Shown one piece after another: positions 20,376-33,644 of a stretch of DNA of 64,000 bases. Source of the DNA: Amphiscolops sp. MND2022 (Eukaryota); assembly GCA_964187785.1 (NCBI GenBank), contig OZ076409.1, positions 16,494,001 through 16,558,000 on the forward strand, read 5' to 3'. The notes under the pieces were generated by a model, which saw only the letters and a program-made list of their open reading frames with translations, made no database searches and was not told where the DNA came from. Every line of letters starts with the position of its first letter. Positions within the stretch are counted from its first letter, which is position 1. A program made the translations under genes and the position numbers.

Positions 20376-20933
20376 TTTTTGTCAGAAATGTGGTTTAACT
20401 TCGGTGACAGTTTTGCAAAAGGGGTCAAATTGAAAAGATAGCAAAAAACGGACAACGCCATTAGAAAGAGCGTCCAAAAAAACCCCCATGCTGAAATTTT
20501 CGCCGCCATCACTTGAATTTTCATTGAGTTATGTCATTTTTACTATTTTCACAAAATGTGGTTTAACTTCGGTGACAGTTTTGCAAAAGGGGTCAAAATG
20601 AACAGATAGCAAAAAACGGACAACGGCATTGGAAAGAGGGCCCAAAATTACCCCTAAAACGTGTTTTTCACACTCCTGAGTCGACTTTTGATAATACATG
20701 GAATTTCATTTTTAAGCTTACTAATTTATGCTTTTCAGCATACATTTTCGTAATAGAGTCAAAATTTTGCTTTCTCACAATTTTTCTGGAATATTTTTGT
20801 TTCATCAGATGTCAATAACTTGAAACGTCGTCTTTTCATGAGAATTTCTCCTCAAAACAAGTTGTTGGCTGGTAATGGTAAGTCCGTACCGCAGATAGGA
20901 GTCTCGCGCTCCAAAAATTGACTCTTTGCTTTT

Positions 20934-21042
20934 AGCCTAATTGTTGTGATAAACTTATTAAATAGGTAAGTATTCCAACCCTATTGATAAGTTTTATTTG
21001 AAAGCAGACTGCGAAAGTGGTCTGCTGCCCAATTTTTTGAAC
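20934..21042 (+). ncRNA. Putative SL RNA gene
   Basis: Copy of 398-505. Confidence 0.85.
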
Positions 21043-21161
21043 AAGGAACAAGCTAGTCTGCACTAACTTAAAAGTTACGCGTATTTTGACCGAGAAAATT
21101 TTCGTATCATTGTACGTAATTTTGTTGTTAAGCATATAAAGCTATTGATTTTACAATGATC

Positions 21162-21280
21162 GGCTACGACCATACCATGTTGAATGCACCGGTTCTCGTC
21201 CGATCACCGAAGTTAAACAACATAGGGCCTGGTTAGTACTTGGATGGGAGACCGCTTGGGAACACCAGGTGTTGTAGCCT
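21162..21280 (+). rRNA. 5S rRNA
   Basis: Copy of 625-743. Confidence 0.98.
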
Positions 21281-21862
21281 TTTTTGTCAGAAATGTGGTT
21301 TAACTTCGGTGACAGTTTTGCAAAAGGGGTCAAATTGAAAAGATAGCAAAAAACGGACAACGCCATTAGAAAGAGCGTCCAAAAAAACCCCCATGCTGAA
21401 ATTTTCGCCGCCATCACTTGAATTTTCATTGAGTTATGTCATTTTTACTATTTTCACAAAATGTGGTTTAACTTCGGTGACAGTTTTGCAAAAGGGGTCA
21501 AAATGAACAGATAGCAAAAAACGGACAACGGCATTGGAAAGAGGGCCCAAAATTACCCCTAAAACGTGTTTTTCACACTCCTGAGTCGACTTTTGATAAT
21601 ACATGGAATTTCATTTTTAAGCTTACTAATTTATGCTTTTCAGCATACATTTTCGTAATAGAGTCAAAATTTTGCTTTCTCACAATTTTTCTGGAATATT
21701 TTTGTTTCATCAGATGTCAATAACTTGAAACGTCGTCTTTTCATGAGAATTTCTCCTCAAAACAAGTTGTTGGCTGGTAATGGTAAGTCCGTACCGCAGA
21801 TAGGAGTCTCGCGCTCCAAAAATTGACTCTTTGCTTTTAGCCTAATTGTTGTGAAAGCTTTG

Positions 21863-22056
21863 ATCCCTGAAGTCTGAGCCCTAGCCCCTTCAGTGGAACA
21901 GTTGACACCTCAAATAGTATAGAAGCCACTGCGCCAGCTGTGATTTCTCTAGATCCCTGAAGTCGAGCCCTAGCCCCTGAGGTGGATCGAGAAATCAAAG
22001 CTGAGGGAGAAACTGGCTGTATCCCTGAAGTCGAGCCCTAGCCCCTTCAGTGCGAT
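21863..22056 (+). repeat. Three ~35-bp direct repeats in the family B 5' UTR
   Basis: ATCCCTGAAGTC(T)GAGCCCTAGCCCCT at 21863, 21953 and 22021. Confidence 0.9.
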
Positions 22057-22118
22057 CGTTGGTGGAGACCCCCGCTTTTTGCAACTTTTTTCACCCGCTT
22101 TTTTCATAAAACCTCAAA

Positions 22119-23540
22119 ATGCCTCCTAAAAACTTCCTAGAAACAGCCTCTAGCAAAAAGAAATTTGAATCTTATAAACAAGGATCGAGAAGAAACTCAA
22201 CATCAAATCTAACATCAAACATACCCAACCCTGAAGGTAAATATATCGGACCAGCTGAACGAAATCGTCTTTTGAAAGAAAAGGAAGAAGAAGAACAGAG
22301 AAGACTGAAGATTGACAAGATGATTGAAGATACAAGGGAAGAATTTCCACCGATAGAAAGTTCCAGCAAACCACAATCACCACAGCCTAAAAGCCAACAA
22401 CAGGATGAAATACAAAACGAACAACGCCCAAAACAACAGCAGCCTCAACCTCAGCCCGACATTAGTAACAGTCAAAACAGCTACAGTAATGTGGTCTGTA
22501 ATCAAAAAAACGTAGTCGTAAACAAAATCTTCCGGTTGAAAATTGTACCTCCTTTTCGCAAAGAACATTTCGAAAACAAAAATACCCTCGAAACTGAGAT
22601 AGCAAAAGCTTATGCTGAAATCCTAAAACCATTCAAACCTCAAGTGCGAATGTACATTACAATTTCGAGAACTTTTGAAGAAAAATGGGGAAAAAGACTT
22701 CACATTTTACATGTAATTGCCCCTGAAGAAGCGGAAGAAGACATCGAAAACATTAAAACTAAAGGTTTACAAATAATGGGCAGAACAGTATTTCCAACTG
22801 GAGACGATTTTTACCAAGTTCGTAACAGTCAATTTCCCCGGAAAGTGTGGGTAAAGATTAACAATTTGCCGTTTCTTTGCAGCGATGAAGTTTTACTCAG
22901 TCTACTAGACCTCCCAGAAGGAGTTGAGATTAGTGAAAATGTAACAAGAGAAACGATACAAACTGAAAATGGCACCATCCACAACGGAAAGGCTAAACTG
23001 TCAGTTGTGGTACCAGACAGTGAAAAACTCAAAGAACTCAAACAGTGGTCTTTGGAGAAAAGTCACATTTGCGTCACAAAATGGTTCGAAATTCCGATTT
23101 ATATGTCGACCCCAAGCCTGCACAAATGTGACGCTTGTGAAAAAGAAAATCGGAAATCGTACATTGGCCACGACATAGCGTGGTGCAGGGTCTTAAGGAA
23201 ACCTGAAAAAACTGAGGAAGCTCCCGAAAGCTGCCAAGAAGAAACAGCGGACGAATCACAAGCTGAACAAGAAAACGAAGTATGGGCTGACGCACCAACA
23301 AAATCCTTCCCAATTACAAACAAAAAGAACAAGAAAAGAGCGAAGTCGAAATCTAAAGAGACCACCAGCCCTGGATTGATGCAGCAGAATAAATTTCAGC
23401 TTCTTTCTACATCCAGTGACCAACCTGAAGCAATTCTAAGCGCAACGTCAACAATACAAAACCAGCCACAAAATCCAAAGAACCCGCAGCACCCCGAAAC
23501 GCCCTGTGAAGCACCCCTGGAAAGAAGCGACAATGGATGA
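22119..23540 (+). CDS. Family B ORF1
   Basis: 473 aa; KIVPPF, GRTVFP and CDAC-x10-HDIAWC motifs shared with A and D ORF1. Confidence 0.88.
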   Translation: MPPKNFLETASSKKKFESYKQGSRRNSTSNLTSNIPNPEGKYIGPAERNRLLKEKEEEEQRRLKIDKMIEDTREEFPPIESSSKPQSPQPKSQQQDEIQNEQRPKQQQPQPQPDISNSQNSYSNVVCNQKNVVVNKIFRLKIVPPFRKEHFENKNTLETEIAKAYAEILKPFKPQVRMYITISRTFEEKWGKRLHILHVIAPEEAEEDIENIKTKGLQIMGRTVFPTGDDFYQVRNSQFPRKVWVKINNLPFLCSDEVLLSLLDLPEGVEISENVTRETIQTENGTIHNGKAKLSVVVPDSEKLKELKQWSLEKSHICVTKWFEIPIYMSTPSLHKCDACEKENRKSYIGHDIAWCRVLRKPEKTEEAPESCQEETADESQAEQENEVWADAPTKSFPITNKKNKKRAKSKSKETTSPGLMQQNKFQLLSTSSDQPEAILSATSTIQNQPQNPKNPQHPETPCEAPLERSDNG

Positions 23541-26500
23541 AGAAATAGAAATTTTTTCAATTAATGCTAGAGGGTTAGCCTCAAATAAATCAAAATTAAT
23601 TGAGATTTGCAACATTGTTAAGAAAAATAAAAAACATGAAACATTTTATGTACTGATACAAGAAACTAAGCTGGAAAAAATGAAACCGGAACTTCTTAAA
23701 ATAATTCAATATAACAATTTGTCTTTTCAAATAGTTCCCTCAGAAAATAAAAGTGGAGGTCTAATGATACTTTATGATAAAAACACCGAAATAGAATTAC
23801 TTGACAAGAACCAATGTTCCCTAACAATTCGAGACAAAAAATCGGATTCAATAATTATAAATACTTATATAAATCCAAAACAGTACAATTTTCAGCCTCT
23901 CAAAGATACTATTGAAACACTAGAACTAACATCGGATCAAACTATTTATATGGGAGGTGATTTCAATGCCATCGATCCTTCAGATATCAATGAAGAAAAC
24001 AAAACGTTCAATATGACTGTAAAACCAAATGATATTCGACTATTGCGATCCAAAAAACTAATACATTTGAACTCAAGTCTCCTTCTGATAGATCTTGCGC
24101 AACTCTTACAGAATCGCCAACCGACGCATTTTGAAACACGGTCTGGAAAACAAAGCCGCATCGATTATATTTTTAGTAATAACCAAAATCTCACCATCGA
24201 AAAAAACAGGATCGAAACATTGCCCTTTGCTTTTTCGGATCACAAATGCCTCCACCTTTTTAGAAATAGCAACTATCAGTATTCTCAAAAACTTTGGAAG
24301 CTCGATAACATTGTATTTAAATATCCGGAGAAAGTGAAAGAAATACTAGAAACATCTAAAGTCGCATCCGAAAAATTTGGGAACATTGTGTCTTGTCATG
24401 ATATCTTTAAAGCGAAAACAAGAGATCAACTAAAATACCTTAGTGCTACAAGCAAAAAGATGCTAGTGAAACAAAAAGAAAAAGTTCAGATGGATATTGA
24501 AAAACTTGAAGAAAATTGTTCTAAGGGAAATTGTTCTGACCAACAGATCAAACAGAACTTAGAGCACCTGACATGCCTCAAAAATAATCTTCAATTGATC
24601 AAAAATGAAGAATCTGAAAATTCAATTCAACAAATCAAAAACTTCTTTAGGGAAGCCAATGATGGAAACACAAAAAATATCAAATGCTTAGCGAAAGCCT
24701 CAAGCTTAGCTAAGGATATCAAAAAGATTGAAAAACAAGATGGATCATTCACAGAAGATCCTGACGAAATTTTAAATGAATTCAAATCTTTTTATGAGAA
24801 ATTTAGCCAACCAAAATGGAAACCAACAGAAACATCCTCGAAATCTCAGGATAAATTCATTGAAAAGTTTTTTAAACAAAAAAGGAAAAGCATTGAAAAC
24901 ATTGAACAATTGTTCAAAGAAACGTTGGAGGACCCCGACAACGAAATCACAGTATATGAAGTTGAAAAAGCTATCTCTAAACTGAACTCAAACAGTGCTC
25001 CTGGATCCGATGGACTTACAAGTCAATTATACCAAAACCACAAAAACTTTTTTGCCCCGTATCTTTCAAATCTATTTAATAAAATCAATGAAAATGGAGA
25101 AGTTCCGGACTCATTTAAACATGCAATCATCAAAGTAATTCCTAAGAAAAATAATTCACTGAAGGTATCCGAATTTCGGCCAATTAGTCTCATTAATACG
25201 GATCAAAAAATTCTTTCTCATGTTCTAGCAGAAAGACTCAAACCTATTTTATCAGTATTAATTGGTAATCATCAAAACGCTCATTTACCAAATAGAAATA
25301 TACATATTGCCATACAAAAAATTCAGCATTACGCCCATGAAACTACTCGTAGTCAATCACTTATCGCTATTGACTTCAGTAAAGCTTTCGACTGTGTAGA
25401 GCGTAGCTTTTTACAAAAACTGATTGAAAAATGTCCAATCGATAAGTTTACTCAAGAAATGATTTTACTTACGTACAAGGATACTTATGCTTTCATTGGA
25501 ATGAAAAATGGAATTTCCACAAAATTCAAAATAGATAGAGGGGTGAGACAAGGCTGTCCTCTCTCAGCATTGATTTTCAATATTTGTCTTGAACCTCTTC
25601 TATAAAGAATTCAAAAATCAAAATACATAAAATCAAAACAACAAACAAAATGTATTGCCTACGCAGATGATATAACGATCAGCCTCTACAACAAATCTCT
25701 TCGGAAGCTATTGATTATTCTGGATCATTTTCACGAAATAGCAGGCTTAGAAGTTAATTTAGCCAAAACTGAAATCCTTTCGAAAGCGGACAAATTATTT
25801 GTATCGGAAAAACTAACAAGAGTTACCACAACAAAAATTCTTGGAGTTTACATTTCGCTGAATAAAACTCTCAAAAAAGAAACCAAGAACGCAATAACGA
25901 ATGCTTTTAACTCAACAGAAAAGTTCATACTAAAAAATAGTTCGTTCCGTGCGAGAGCTAGAAATATTGAGACTTTTATCTACTCGAAATTAATTCATCA
26001 TCTGAGACACGAAAATTTGTATAAAAAATTTCTTCGAAAAGTTCAATCGAAAATAATAGATGTTTTCTGGCTGTACAAAAAACACAATGTTAAAAAAGAA
26101 ATTCTTGAGCTACCAATTGAAGAGGGCGGAGTAAACCTCAAGAACTTCTCCAAATACTACCTAACTGCCAAGATTATGAACTTGAAGTTCCTAGCGGTTA
26201 ACCCAAAGGAGAGAAAATACATACAAGAATTAAAGAAATCAAAATTTTTTTCAGAATTAGAAAAACACTTCGAAAAACAACACATTGAAATCCTAGAACT
26301 GAACCCAGAAGAACTTATAATCCAACATCATTTCACTACGCTTAATATAACAAAAGAGACAACTTCGAAAGAAATTTATACTTTTTTGAACAACTCCTCA
26401 ATAAACGTCCCACCGCCTCTAAAAACTGAAGTTACTGCAACAAAACAAAATATAGCACCCGAAATTTTGAACTCAGTTACAAAGAACATCTGGAAAAACA

Positions 26501-26859
26501 AAAAACTCACTTCGTTTGATAAAAACTATCTTTACTGCTTCCTAATGAATTCGTATCTAGATAAACAAGACAAGTGGCTTAAAAATCTTGTTCTCCAACC
26601 ACTATGTTTCGCATGTGAAGCAGAATTTGAAACATGGGACCATTTAATGTTTTCTTGTAAAAATTTGAAAACGTTAACATTGAAGTTGAACGTTTTTTCA
26701 TGGAAGGAAATATGGCTTGATCGAAGTTGTCTCTCTCAAAAACTCCTTGTAGCAATAATGCTCTCGTCGTGGACAGAATCAATTGGAGACTACTTAAAAT
26801 ATTTTCTGGAACGTATGAAAGTAATACTAATACCAGTTGCAAATCTATCTGATAATTGA
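23533..26859 (+). pseudogene. Family B ORF2 (APE-RT-CCHC) with premature TAA at 25603-25605
   Basis: ATG 23533 (MDEEIEIFSINARGL). The frame continues past the TAA as RIQKSK...CIAYADD and into the 25711-26859 ORF (same frame). Confidence 0.9.
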
Positions 26860-26951
26860 TGATATGATGCAATTCTGATCTAATGAATTCCAGGTTGATC
26901 TTTTGTAAAAAAAAAGGGTTGATATTATTCATGATTAATTGAAGTTTTGAA

Positions 26952-27060
26952 AGCCTAATTGTTGTGATAAACTTATTAAATAGGTAAGTATTCCAACCCT
27001 ATTGATAAGTTTTATTTGAAAGCAGACTGCGAAAGTGGTCTGCTGCCCAATTTTTTGAAC
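26952..27060 (+). ncRNA. Complete SL RNA sequence regenerated downstream of element B
   Basis: Full SL sequence after the element 3' end. Confidence 0.75.
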
Positions 27061-27179
27061 AAGGAACAAGCTAGTCTGCACTAACTTAAAAGTTACGCGT
27101 ATTTTGACCGAGAAAATTTTCGTATCATTGTACGTAATTTTGTTGTTAAGCATATAAAGCTATTGATTTTACAATGATC

Positions 27180-27298
27180 GGCTACGACCATACCATGTTG
27201 AATGCACCGGTTCTCGTCCGATCACCGAAGTTAAACAACATAGGGCCTGGTTAGTACTTGGATGGGAGACCGCTTGGGAACACCAGGTGTTGTAGCCT
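27180..27298 (+). rRNA. 5S rRNA
   Basis: Copy of 625-743. Confidence 0.98.
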
Positions 27299-27856
27299 TT
27301 TTTGTCAGAAATGTGGTTTAACTTCGGTGACAGTTTTGCAAAAGGGGTCAAATTGAAAAGATAGCAAAAAACGGACAACTCCATTAGAAAGAGCGTCCAA
27401 AAAAACCCCCATGCTGAAATTTTCGCCGCCATCACTTGAATTTTCATTGAGTTATGTCATTTTTACTATTTTCACAAAATGTGGTTTAACTTCGGTGACA
27501 GTTTTGCAAAAGGGGTCAAAATGAACAGATAGCAAAAAACGGACAACGGCATTGGAAAGAGGGCCCAAAATTACCCCTAAAACGTGTTTTTCACACTCCT
27601 GAGTCGACTTTTGATAATACATGGAATTTCATTTTTAAGCTTACTAATTTATGCTTTTCAGCATACATTTTCGTAATAGAGTCAAAATTTTGCTTTCTCA
27701 CAATTTTTCTGGAATATTTTTGTTTCATCAGATGTCAATAACTTGAAACGTCGTCTTTTCATGAGAATTTCTCCTCAAAACAAGTTGTTGGCTGGTAATG
27801 GTAAGTCCGTACCGCAGATAGGAGTCTCGCGCTCCAAAAATTGACTCTTTGCTTTT

Positions 27857-27965
27857 AGCCTAATTGTTGTGATAAACTTATTAAATAGGTAAGTATTCCA
27901 ACCCTATTGATAAGTTTTATTTGAAAGCAGACTGCGAAAGTGGTCTGCTGCCCAATTTTTTGAAC
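27857..27965 (+). ncRNA. Putative SL RNA gene
   Basis: Copy of 398-505. Confidence 0.85.
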
Positions 27966-28084
27966 AAGGAACAAGCTAGTCTGCACTAACTTAAAAGTTA
28001 CGCGTATTTTGACCGAGAAAATTTTCGTATCATTGTACGTAATTTTGTTGTTAAGCATATGAAGCTATTGATTTTACAATGATC

Positions 28085-28203
28085 GGCTACGACCATACCA
28101 TGTTGAATGCACCGGTTCTCGTCCGATCACCGAAGTTAAACAACATAGGGCCTGGTTAGTACTTGGATGGGAGACCGCTTGGGAACACCAGGTGTTGTAG
28201 CCT
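28085..28203 (+). rRNA. 5S rRNA
   Basis: Copy of 625-743. Confidence 0.98.
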
Positions 28204-28761
28204 TTTTTGTCAGAAATGTGGTTTAACTTCGGTGACAGTTTTGCAAAAGGGGTCAAATTGAAAAGATAGCAAAAAACGGACAACGCCATTAGAAAGAGCG
28301 TCCAAAAAAACCCCCATGCTGAAATTTTCGCCGCCATCACTTGAATTTTCATTGAGTTATGTCATTTTTACTATTTTCACAAAATGTGGTTTAACTTCGG
28401 TGACAGTTTTGCAAAAGGGGTCAAAATGAACAGATAGCAAAAAACGGACAACGGCATTGGAAAGAGGGCCCAAAATTACCCCTAAAACGTGTTTTTCACA
28501 CTCCTGAGTCGACTTTTGATAATACATGGAATTTCATTTTTAAGCTTACTAATTTATGCTTTTCAGCATACATTTTCGTAATAGAGTCAAAATTTTGCTT
28601 TCTCACAATTTTTCTGGAATATTTTTGTTTCATCAGATGTCAATAACTTGAAACGTCGTCTTTTCATGAGAATTTCTCCTCAAAACAAGTTGTTGGCTGG
28701 TAATGGTAAGTCCGTACCGCAGATAGGAGTCCCGCGCTCCAAAAATTGACTCTTTGCTTTT

Positions 28762-28870
28762 AGCCTAATTGTTGTGATAAACTTATTAAATAGGTAAGTA
28801 TTCCAACCCTATTGATAAGTTTTATTTGAAAGCAGACTGCGAAAGTGGTCTGCTGCCCAATTTTTTGAAC
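28762..28870 (+). ncRNA. Putative SL RNA gene
   Basis: Copy of 398-505. Confidence 0.85.
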
Positions 28871-28989
28871 AAGGAACAAGCTAGTCTGCACTAACTTAAA
28901 AGTTACGCGTATTTTGACCGAGAAAATTTTCGTATCATTGTACGTAATTTTGTTGTTAAGCATATGAAGCTATTGATTTTACAATGATC

Positions 28990-29108
28990 GGCTACGACCA
29001 TACCATGTTGAATGCACCGGTTCTCGTCCGATCACCGAAGTTAAACAACATAGGGCCTGGTTAGTACTTGGATGGGAGACCGCTTGGGAACACCAGGTGT
29101 TGTAGCCT
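28990..29108 (+). rRNA. 5S rRNA
   Basis: Copy of 625-743. Confidence 0.98.
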
Positions 29109-29666
29109 TTTTTGTCAGAAATGTGGTTTAACTTCGGTGACAGTTTTGCAAAAGGGGTCAAATTGAAAAGATAGCAAAAAACGGACAACGCCATTAGAAA
29201 GAGCGTCCAAAAAAACCCCCATGCTGAAATTTTCGCCGCCATCACTTGAATTTTCATTGAGTTATGTCATTTTTACTATTTTCACAAAATGTGGTTTAAC
29301 TTCGGTGACAGTTTTGCAAAAGGGGTCAAAATGAACAGATAGCAAAAAACGGACAACGGCATTGGAAAGAGGGCCCAAAATTACCCCTAAAACGTGTTTT
29401 TCACACTCCTGAGTCGACTTTTGATAATACATGGAATTTCATTTTTAAGCTTACTAATTTATGCTTTTCAGCATACATTTTCGTAATAGAGTCAAAATTT
29501 TGCTTTCTCACAATTTTTCTGGAATATTTTTGTTTCATCAGATGTCAATAACTTGAAACGTCGTCTTTTCATGAGAATTTCTCCTCAAAACAAGTTGTTG
29601 GCTGGTAATGGTAAGTCCGTACCGCAGATAGGAGTCTCGCGCTCCAAAAATTGACTCTTTGCTTTT

Positions 29667-29775
29667 AGCCTAATTGTTGTGATAAACTTATTAAATAGGT
29701 AAGTATTCCAACCCTATTGATAAGTTTTATTTGAAAACAGACTGCGAAAGTGGTCTGCTGCCCAATTTTTTGAAC
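29667..29775 (+). ncRNA. Putative SL RNA gene
   Basis: Copy of 398-505 (one stem II substitution). Confidence 0.82.
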
Positions 29776-29894
29776 AAGGAACAAGCTAGTCTGCACTAAC
29801 TTAAAAGTTACGCGTATTTTGACCGAGAAAATTTTCGTATCATTGTACGTAATTTTGTTGTTAAGCATATAAAGCTATTGATTTTACAATGATC

Positions 29895-30013
29895 GGCTAC
29901 GACCATACCTTGTTGAATGCACCGGTTCTCGTCCGATCACCGAAGTTAAACAACATAGGGCCTGGTTAGTACTTGGATGGGAGACCGCTTGGGAACACCA
30001 GGTGTTGTAGCCT
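29895..30013 (+). rRNA. 5S rRNA (A>T at 29910)
   Basis: Copy of 625-743. Confidence 0.97.
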
Positions 30014-30571
30014 TTTTTGTCAGAAATGTGGTTTAACTTCGGTGACAGTTTTGCAAAAGGGGTCAAATTGAAAAGATAGCAAAAAACGGACAACGCCATT
30101 AGAAAGAGCGTCCAAAAAAACCCCCATGCTGAAATTTTCGCCGCCATCACTTGAATTTTCATTGAGTTATGTCATTTTTACTATTTTCACAAAATGTGGT
30201 TTAACTTCGGTGACAGTTTTGCAAAAGGGGTCAAAATGAACAGATAGCAAAAAACGGACAACGGCATTGGAAAGAGGGCCCAAAATTACCCCTAAAACGT
30301 GTTTTTCACACTCCTGAGTCGACTTTTGATAATACATGGAATTTCATTTTTAAGCTTACTAATTTATGCTTTTCAGCATACATTTTCGTAATAGAGTCAA
30401 AATTTTGCTTTCTCACAATTTTTCTGGAATATTTTTGTTTCATCAGATGTCAATAACTTGAAACGTCGTCTTTTCATGAGAATTTCTCCTCAAAACAAGT
30501 TGTTGGCTGGTAATGGTAAGTCCGTACCGCAGATAGGAGTCTCGCGCTCCAAAAATTGACTCTTTGCTTTT

Positions 30572-30810
30572 AGCCTAATTGTTGTGATAAACTTATTAAA
30601 TAGGTAAGTATTCCAACCTTGGAATATTTCTTGCCTGTTTGAGGTGTGAATCACACTCACTTATCAATAGGGCCCAAAAGCCAGTAACCAATAACCAGTA
30701 ACCAATAACCAACCTGTACTTACTGTTTGAAAGGTAAGTATTCCAACCCTATTGATAAGTTTTATTTGAAAGCAGACTGCGAAAGTGGTCTGCTGCCCAA
30801 TTTTTTGAAC
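30572..30810 (+). pseudogene. SL RNA gene interrupted by mini-element
   Basis: Split by 30619-30731. Confidence 0.75.
30619..30731 (+). mobile_element. Non-coding SL-targeted mini-element, copy 3, site 2
   Basis: 113 bp; 17-bp TSD 30602-30618/30732-30748; several substitutions versus copy 2. Confidence 0.88.
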
Positions 30811-30929
30811 AAGGAACAAGCTAGTCTGCACTAACTTAAAAGTTACGCGTATTTTGACCGAGAAAATTTTCGTATCATTGTACGTAATTTTGTTGTTAAG
30901 CATATAAAGCTATTGATTTTACAATGATC

Positions 30930-31048
30930 GGCTACGACCATACCATGTTGAATGCACCGGTTCTCGTCCGATCACCGAAGTTAAACAACATAGGGCCTGG
31001 TTAGTACTTGGATGGGAGACCGCTTGGGAACACCAGGTGTTGTAGCCT
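30930..31048 (+). rRNA. 5S rRNA
   Basis: Copy of 625-743. Confidence 0.98.
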
Positions 31049-31606
31049 TTTTTGTCAGAAATGTGGTTTAACTTCGGTGACAGTTTTGCAAAAGGGGTCA
31101 AATTGAAAAGATAGCAAAAAACGGACAACGCCATTAGAAAGAGCGTCCAAAAAAACCCCCATGCTGAAATTTTCGCCGCCATCACTTGAATTTTCATTGA
31201 GTTATGTCATTTTTACTATTTTCACAAAATGTGGTTTAACTTCGGTGACAGTTTTGCAAAAGGGGTCAAAATGAACAGATAGCAAAAAACGGACAACGGC
31301 ATTGGAAAGAGGGCCCAAAATTACCCCTAAAACGTGTTTTTCACACTCCTGAGTCGACTTTTGATAATACATGGAATTTCATTTTTAAGCTTACTAATTT
31401 ATGCTTTTCAGCATACATTTTCGTAATAGAGTCAAAATTTTGCTTTCTCACAATTTTTCTGGAATATTTTTGTTTCATCAGATGTCAATAACTTGAAACG
31501 TCGTCTTTTCATGAGAATTTCTCCTCAAAACAAGTTGTTGGCTGGTAATGGTAAGTCCGTACCGCAGATAGGAGTCTCGCGCTCCAAAAATTGACTCTTT
31601 GCTTTT

Positions 31607-31715
31607 AGCCTAATTGTTGTGATAAACTTATTAAATAGGTAAGTATTCCAACCCTATTGATAAGTTTTATTTGAAAGCAGACTGCGAAAGTGGTCTGCTG
31701 CCCAATTTTTTGAAC
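31607..31715 (+). ncRNA. Putative SL RNA gene
   Basis: Copy of 398-505. Confidence 0.85.
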
Positions 31716-31834
31716 AAGGAACAAGCTAGTCTGCACTAACTTAAAAGTTACGCGTATTTTGACCGAGAAAATTTTCGTATCATTGTACGTAATTTTGTTG
31801 TTAAGCATATAAAGCTATTGATTTTACAATGATC

Positions 31835-31953
31835 GGCTACGACCATACCATGTTGAATGCACCGGTTCTCGTCCGATCACCGAAGTTAAACAACATAGGG
31901 CCTGGTTAGTACTTGGATGGGAGACCGCTTGGGAACACCAGGTGTTGTAGCCT
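31835..31953 (+). rRNA. 5S rRNA
   Basis: Copy of 625-743. Confidence 0.98.
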
Positions 31954-32511
31954 TTTTTGTCAGAAATGTGGTTTAACTTCGGTGACAGTTTTGCAAAAGG
32001 GGTCAAATTGAAAAGATAGCAAAAAACGGACAACGCCATTAGAAAAAGCGTCCAAAAAAACCCCCATGCTGAAATTTTCGCCGCCATCACTTGAATTTTC
32101 ATTGAGTTATGTCATTTTTACTATTTTCACAAAATGTGGTTTAACTTCGGTGACAGTTTTGCAAAAGGGGTCAAAATGAACAGATAGCAAAAAACGGACA
32201 ACGGCATTGGAAAGAGGGCCCAAAATTACCCCTAAAACGTGTTTTTCACACTCCTGAGTCGACTTTTGATAATACATGGAATTTCATTTTTAAGCTTACT
32301 AATTTATGCTTTTCAGCATACATTTTCGTAATAGAGTCAAAATTTTGCTTTCTCACAATTTTTCTGGAATATTTTTGTTTCATCAGATGTCAATAACTTG
32401 AAACGTCGTCTTTTCATGAGAATTTCTCCTCAAAACAAGTTGTTGGCTGGTAATGATAAGTCCGTACCGCAGATAGGAGTCTCGCGCTCCAAAAATTGAC
32501 TCTTTGCTTTT

Positions 32512-32620
32512 AGCCTAATTGTTGTGATAAACTTATTAAATAGGTAAGTATTCCAACCCTATTGATAAGTTTTATTTGAAAGCAGACTGCGAAAGTGGTC
32601 TGCTGCCCAATTTTTTGAAC
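32512..32620 (+). ncRNA. Putative SL RNA gene
   Basis: Copy of 398-505. Confidence 0.85.
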
Positions 32621-32739
32621 AAGGAACAAGCTAGTCTGCACTAACTTAAAAGTTACGCGTATTTTGACCGAGAAAATTTTCGTATCATTGTACGTAATTT
32701 TGTTGTTAAGCATATAAAGCTATTGATTTTACAATGATC

Positions 32740-32858
32740 GGCTACGACCATACCATGTTGAATGCACCGGTTCTCGTCCGATCACCGAAGTTAAACAACA
32801 TAGGGCCTGGTTAGTACTTGGATGGGAGACCGCTTGGGAACACCAGGTGTTGTAGCCT
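32740..32858 (+). rRNA. 5S rRNA
   Basis: Copy of 625-743. Confidence 0.98.
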
Positions 32859-33416
32859 TTTTTGTCAGAAATGTGGTTTAACTTCGGTGACAGTTTTGCA
32901 AAAGGGGTCAAATTGAAAAGATAGCAAAAAACGGACAACGCCATTAGAAAGAGCGTCCAAAAAAACCCCCATGCTGAAATTTTCGCCGCCATCACTTGAA
33001 TTTTCATTGAGTTATGTCATTTTTACTATTTTCACAAAATGTGGTTTAACTTCGGTGACAGTTTTGCAAAAGGGGTCAAAATGAACAGATAGCAAAAAAC
33101 GGACAACGGCATTGGAAAGAGGGCCCAAAATTACCCCTAAAACGTGTTTTTCACACTCCTGAGTCGACTTTTGATAATACATGGAATTTCATTTTTAAGC
33201 TTACTAATTTATGCTTTTCAGCATACATTTTCGTAATAGAGTCAAAATTTTGCTTTCTCACAATTTTTCTGGAATATTTTTGTTTCATCAGATGTCAATA
33301 ACTTGAAACGTCGTCTTTTCATGAGAATTTCTCCTCAAAACAAGTTGTTGGCTGGTAATGGTAAGTCCGTACCGCAGATAGGAGTCTCGCGCTCCAAAAA
33401 TTGACTCTTTGCTTTT

Positions 33417-33525
33417 AGCCTAATTGTTGTGATAAACTTATTAAATAGGTAAGTATTCCAACCCTATTGATAAGTTTTATTTGAAAGCAGACTGCGAAAG
33501 TGGTCTGCTGCCCAATTTTTTGAAC
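33417..33525 (+). ncRNA. Putative SL RNA gene
   Basis: Copy of 398-505. Confidence 0.85.
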
Positions 33526-33644
33526 AAGGAACAAGCTAGTCTGCACTAACTTAAAAGTTACGCGTATTTTGACCGAGAAAATTTTCGTATCATTGTACGT
33601 AATTTTGTTGTTAAGCATATAAAGCTATTGATTTTACAATGATC

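Larger units (their letters stand above)
21855..26951 (+). mobile_element. Non-LTR retrotransposon family B (L1/Tx1-like), SL site 1, ORF2 with in-frame stop
   Basis: 16-bp TSD 21839-21854/26952-26967; ORF1+ORF2; ends GTTTTGAA. Confidence 0.96.
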
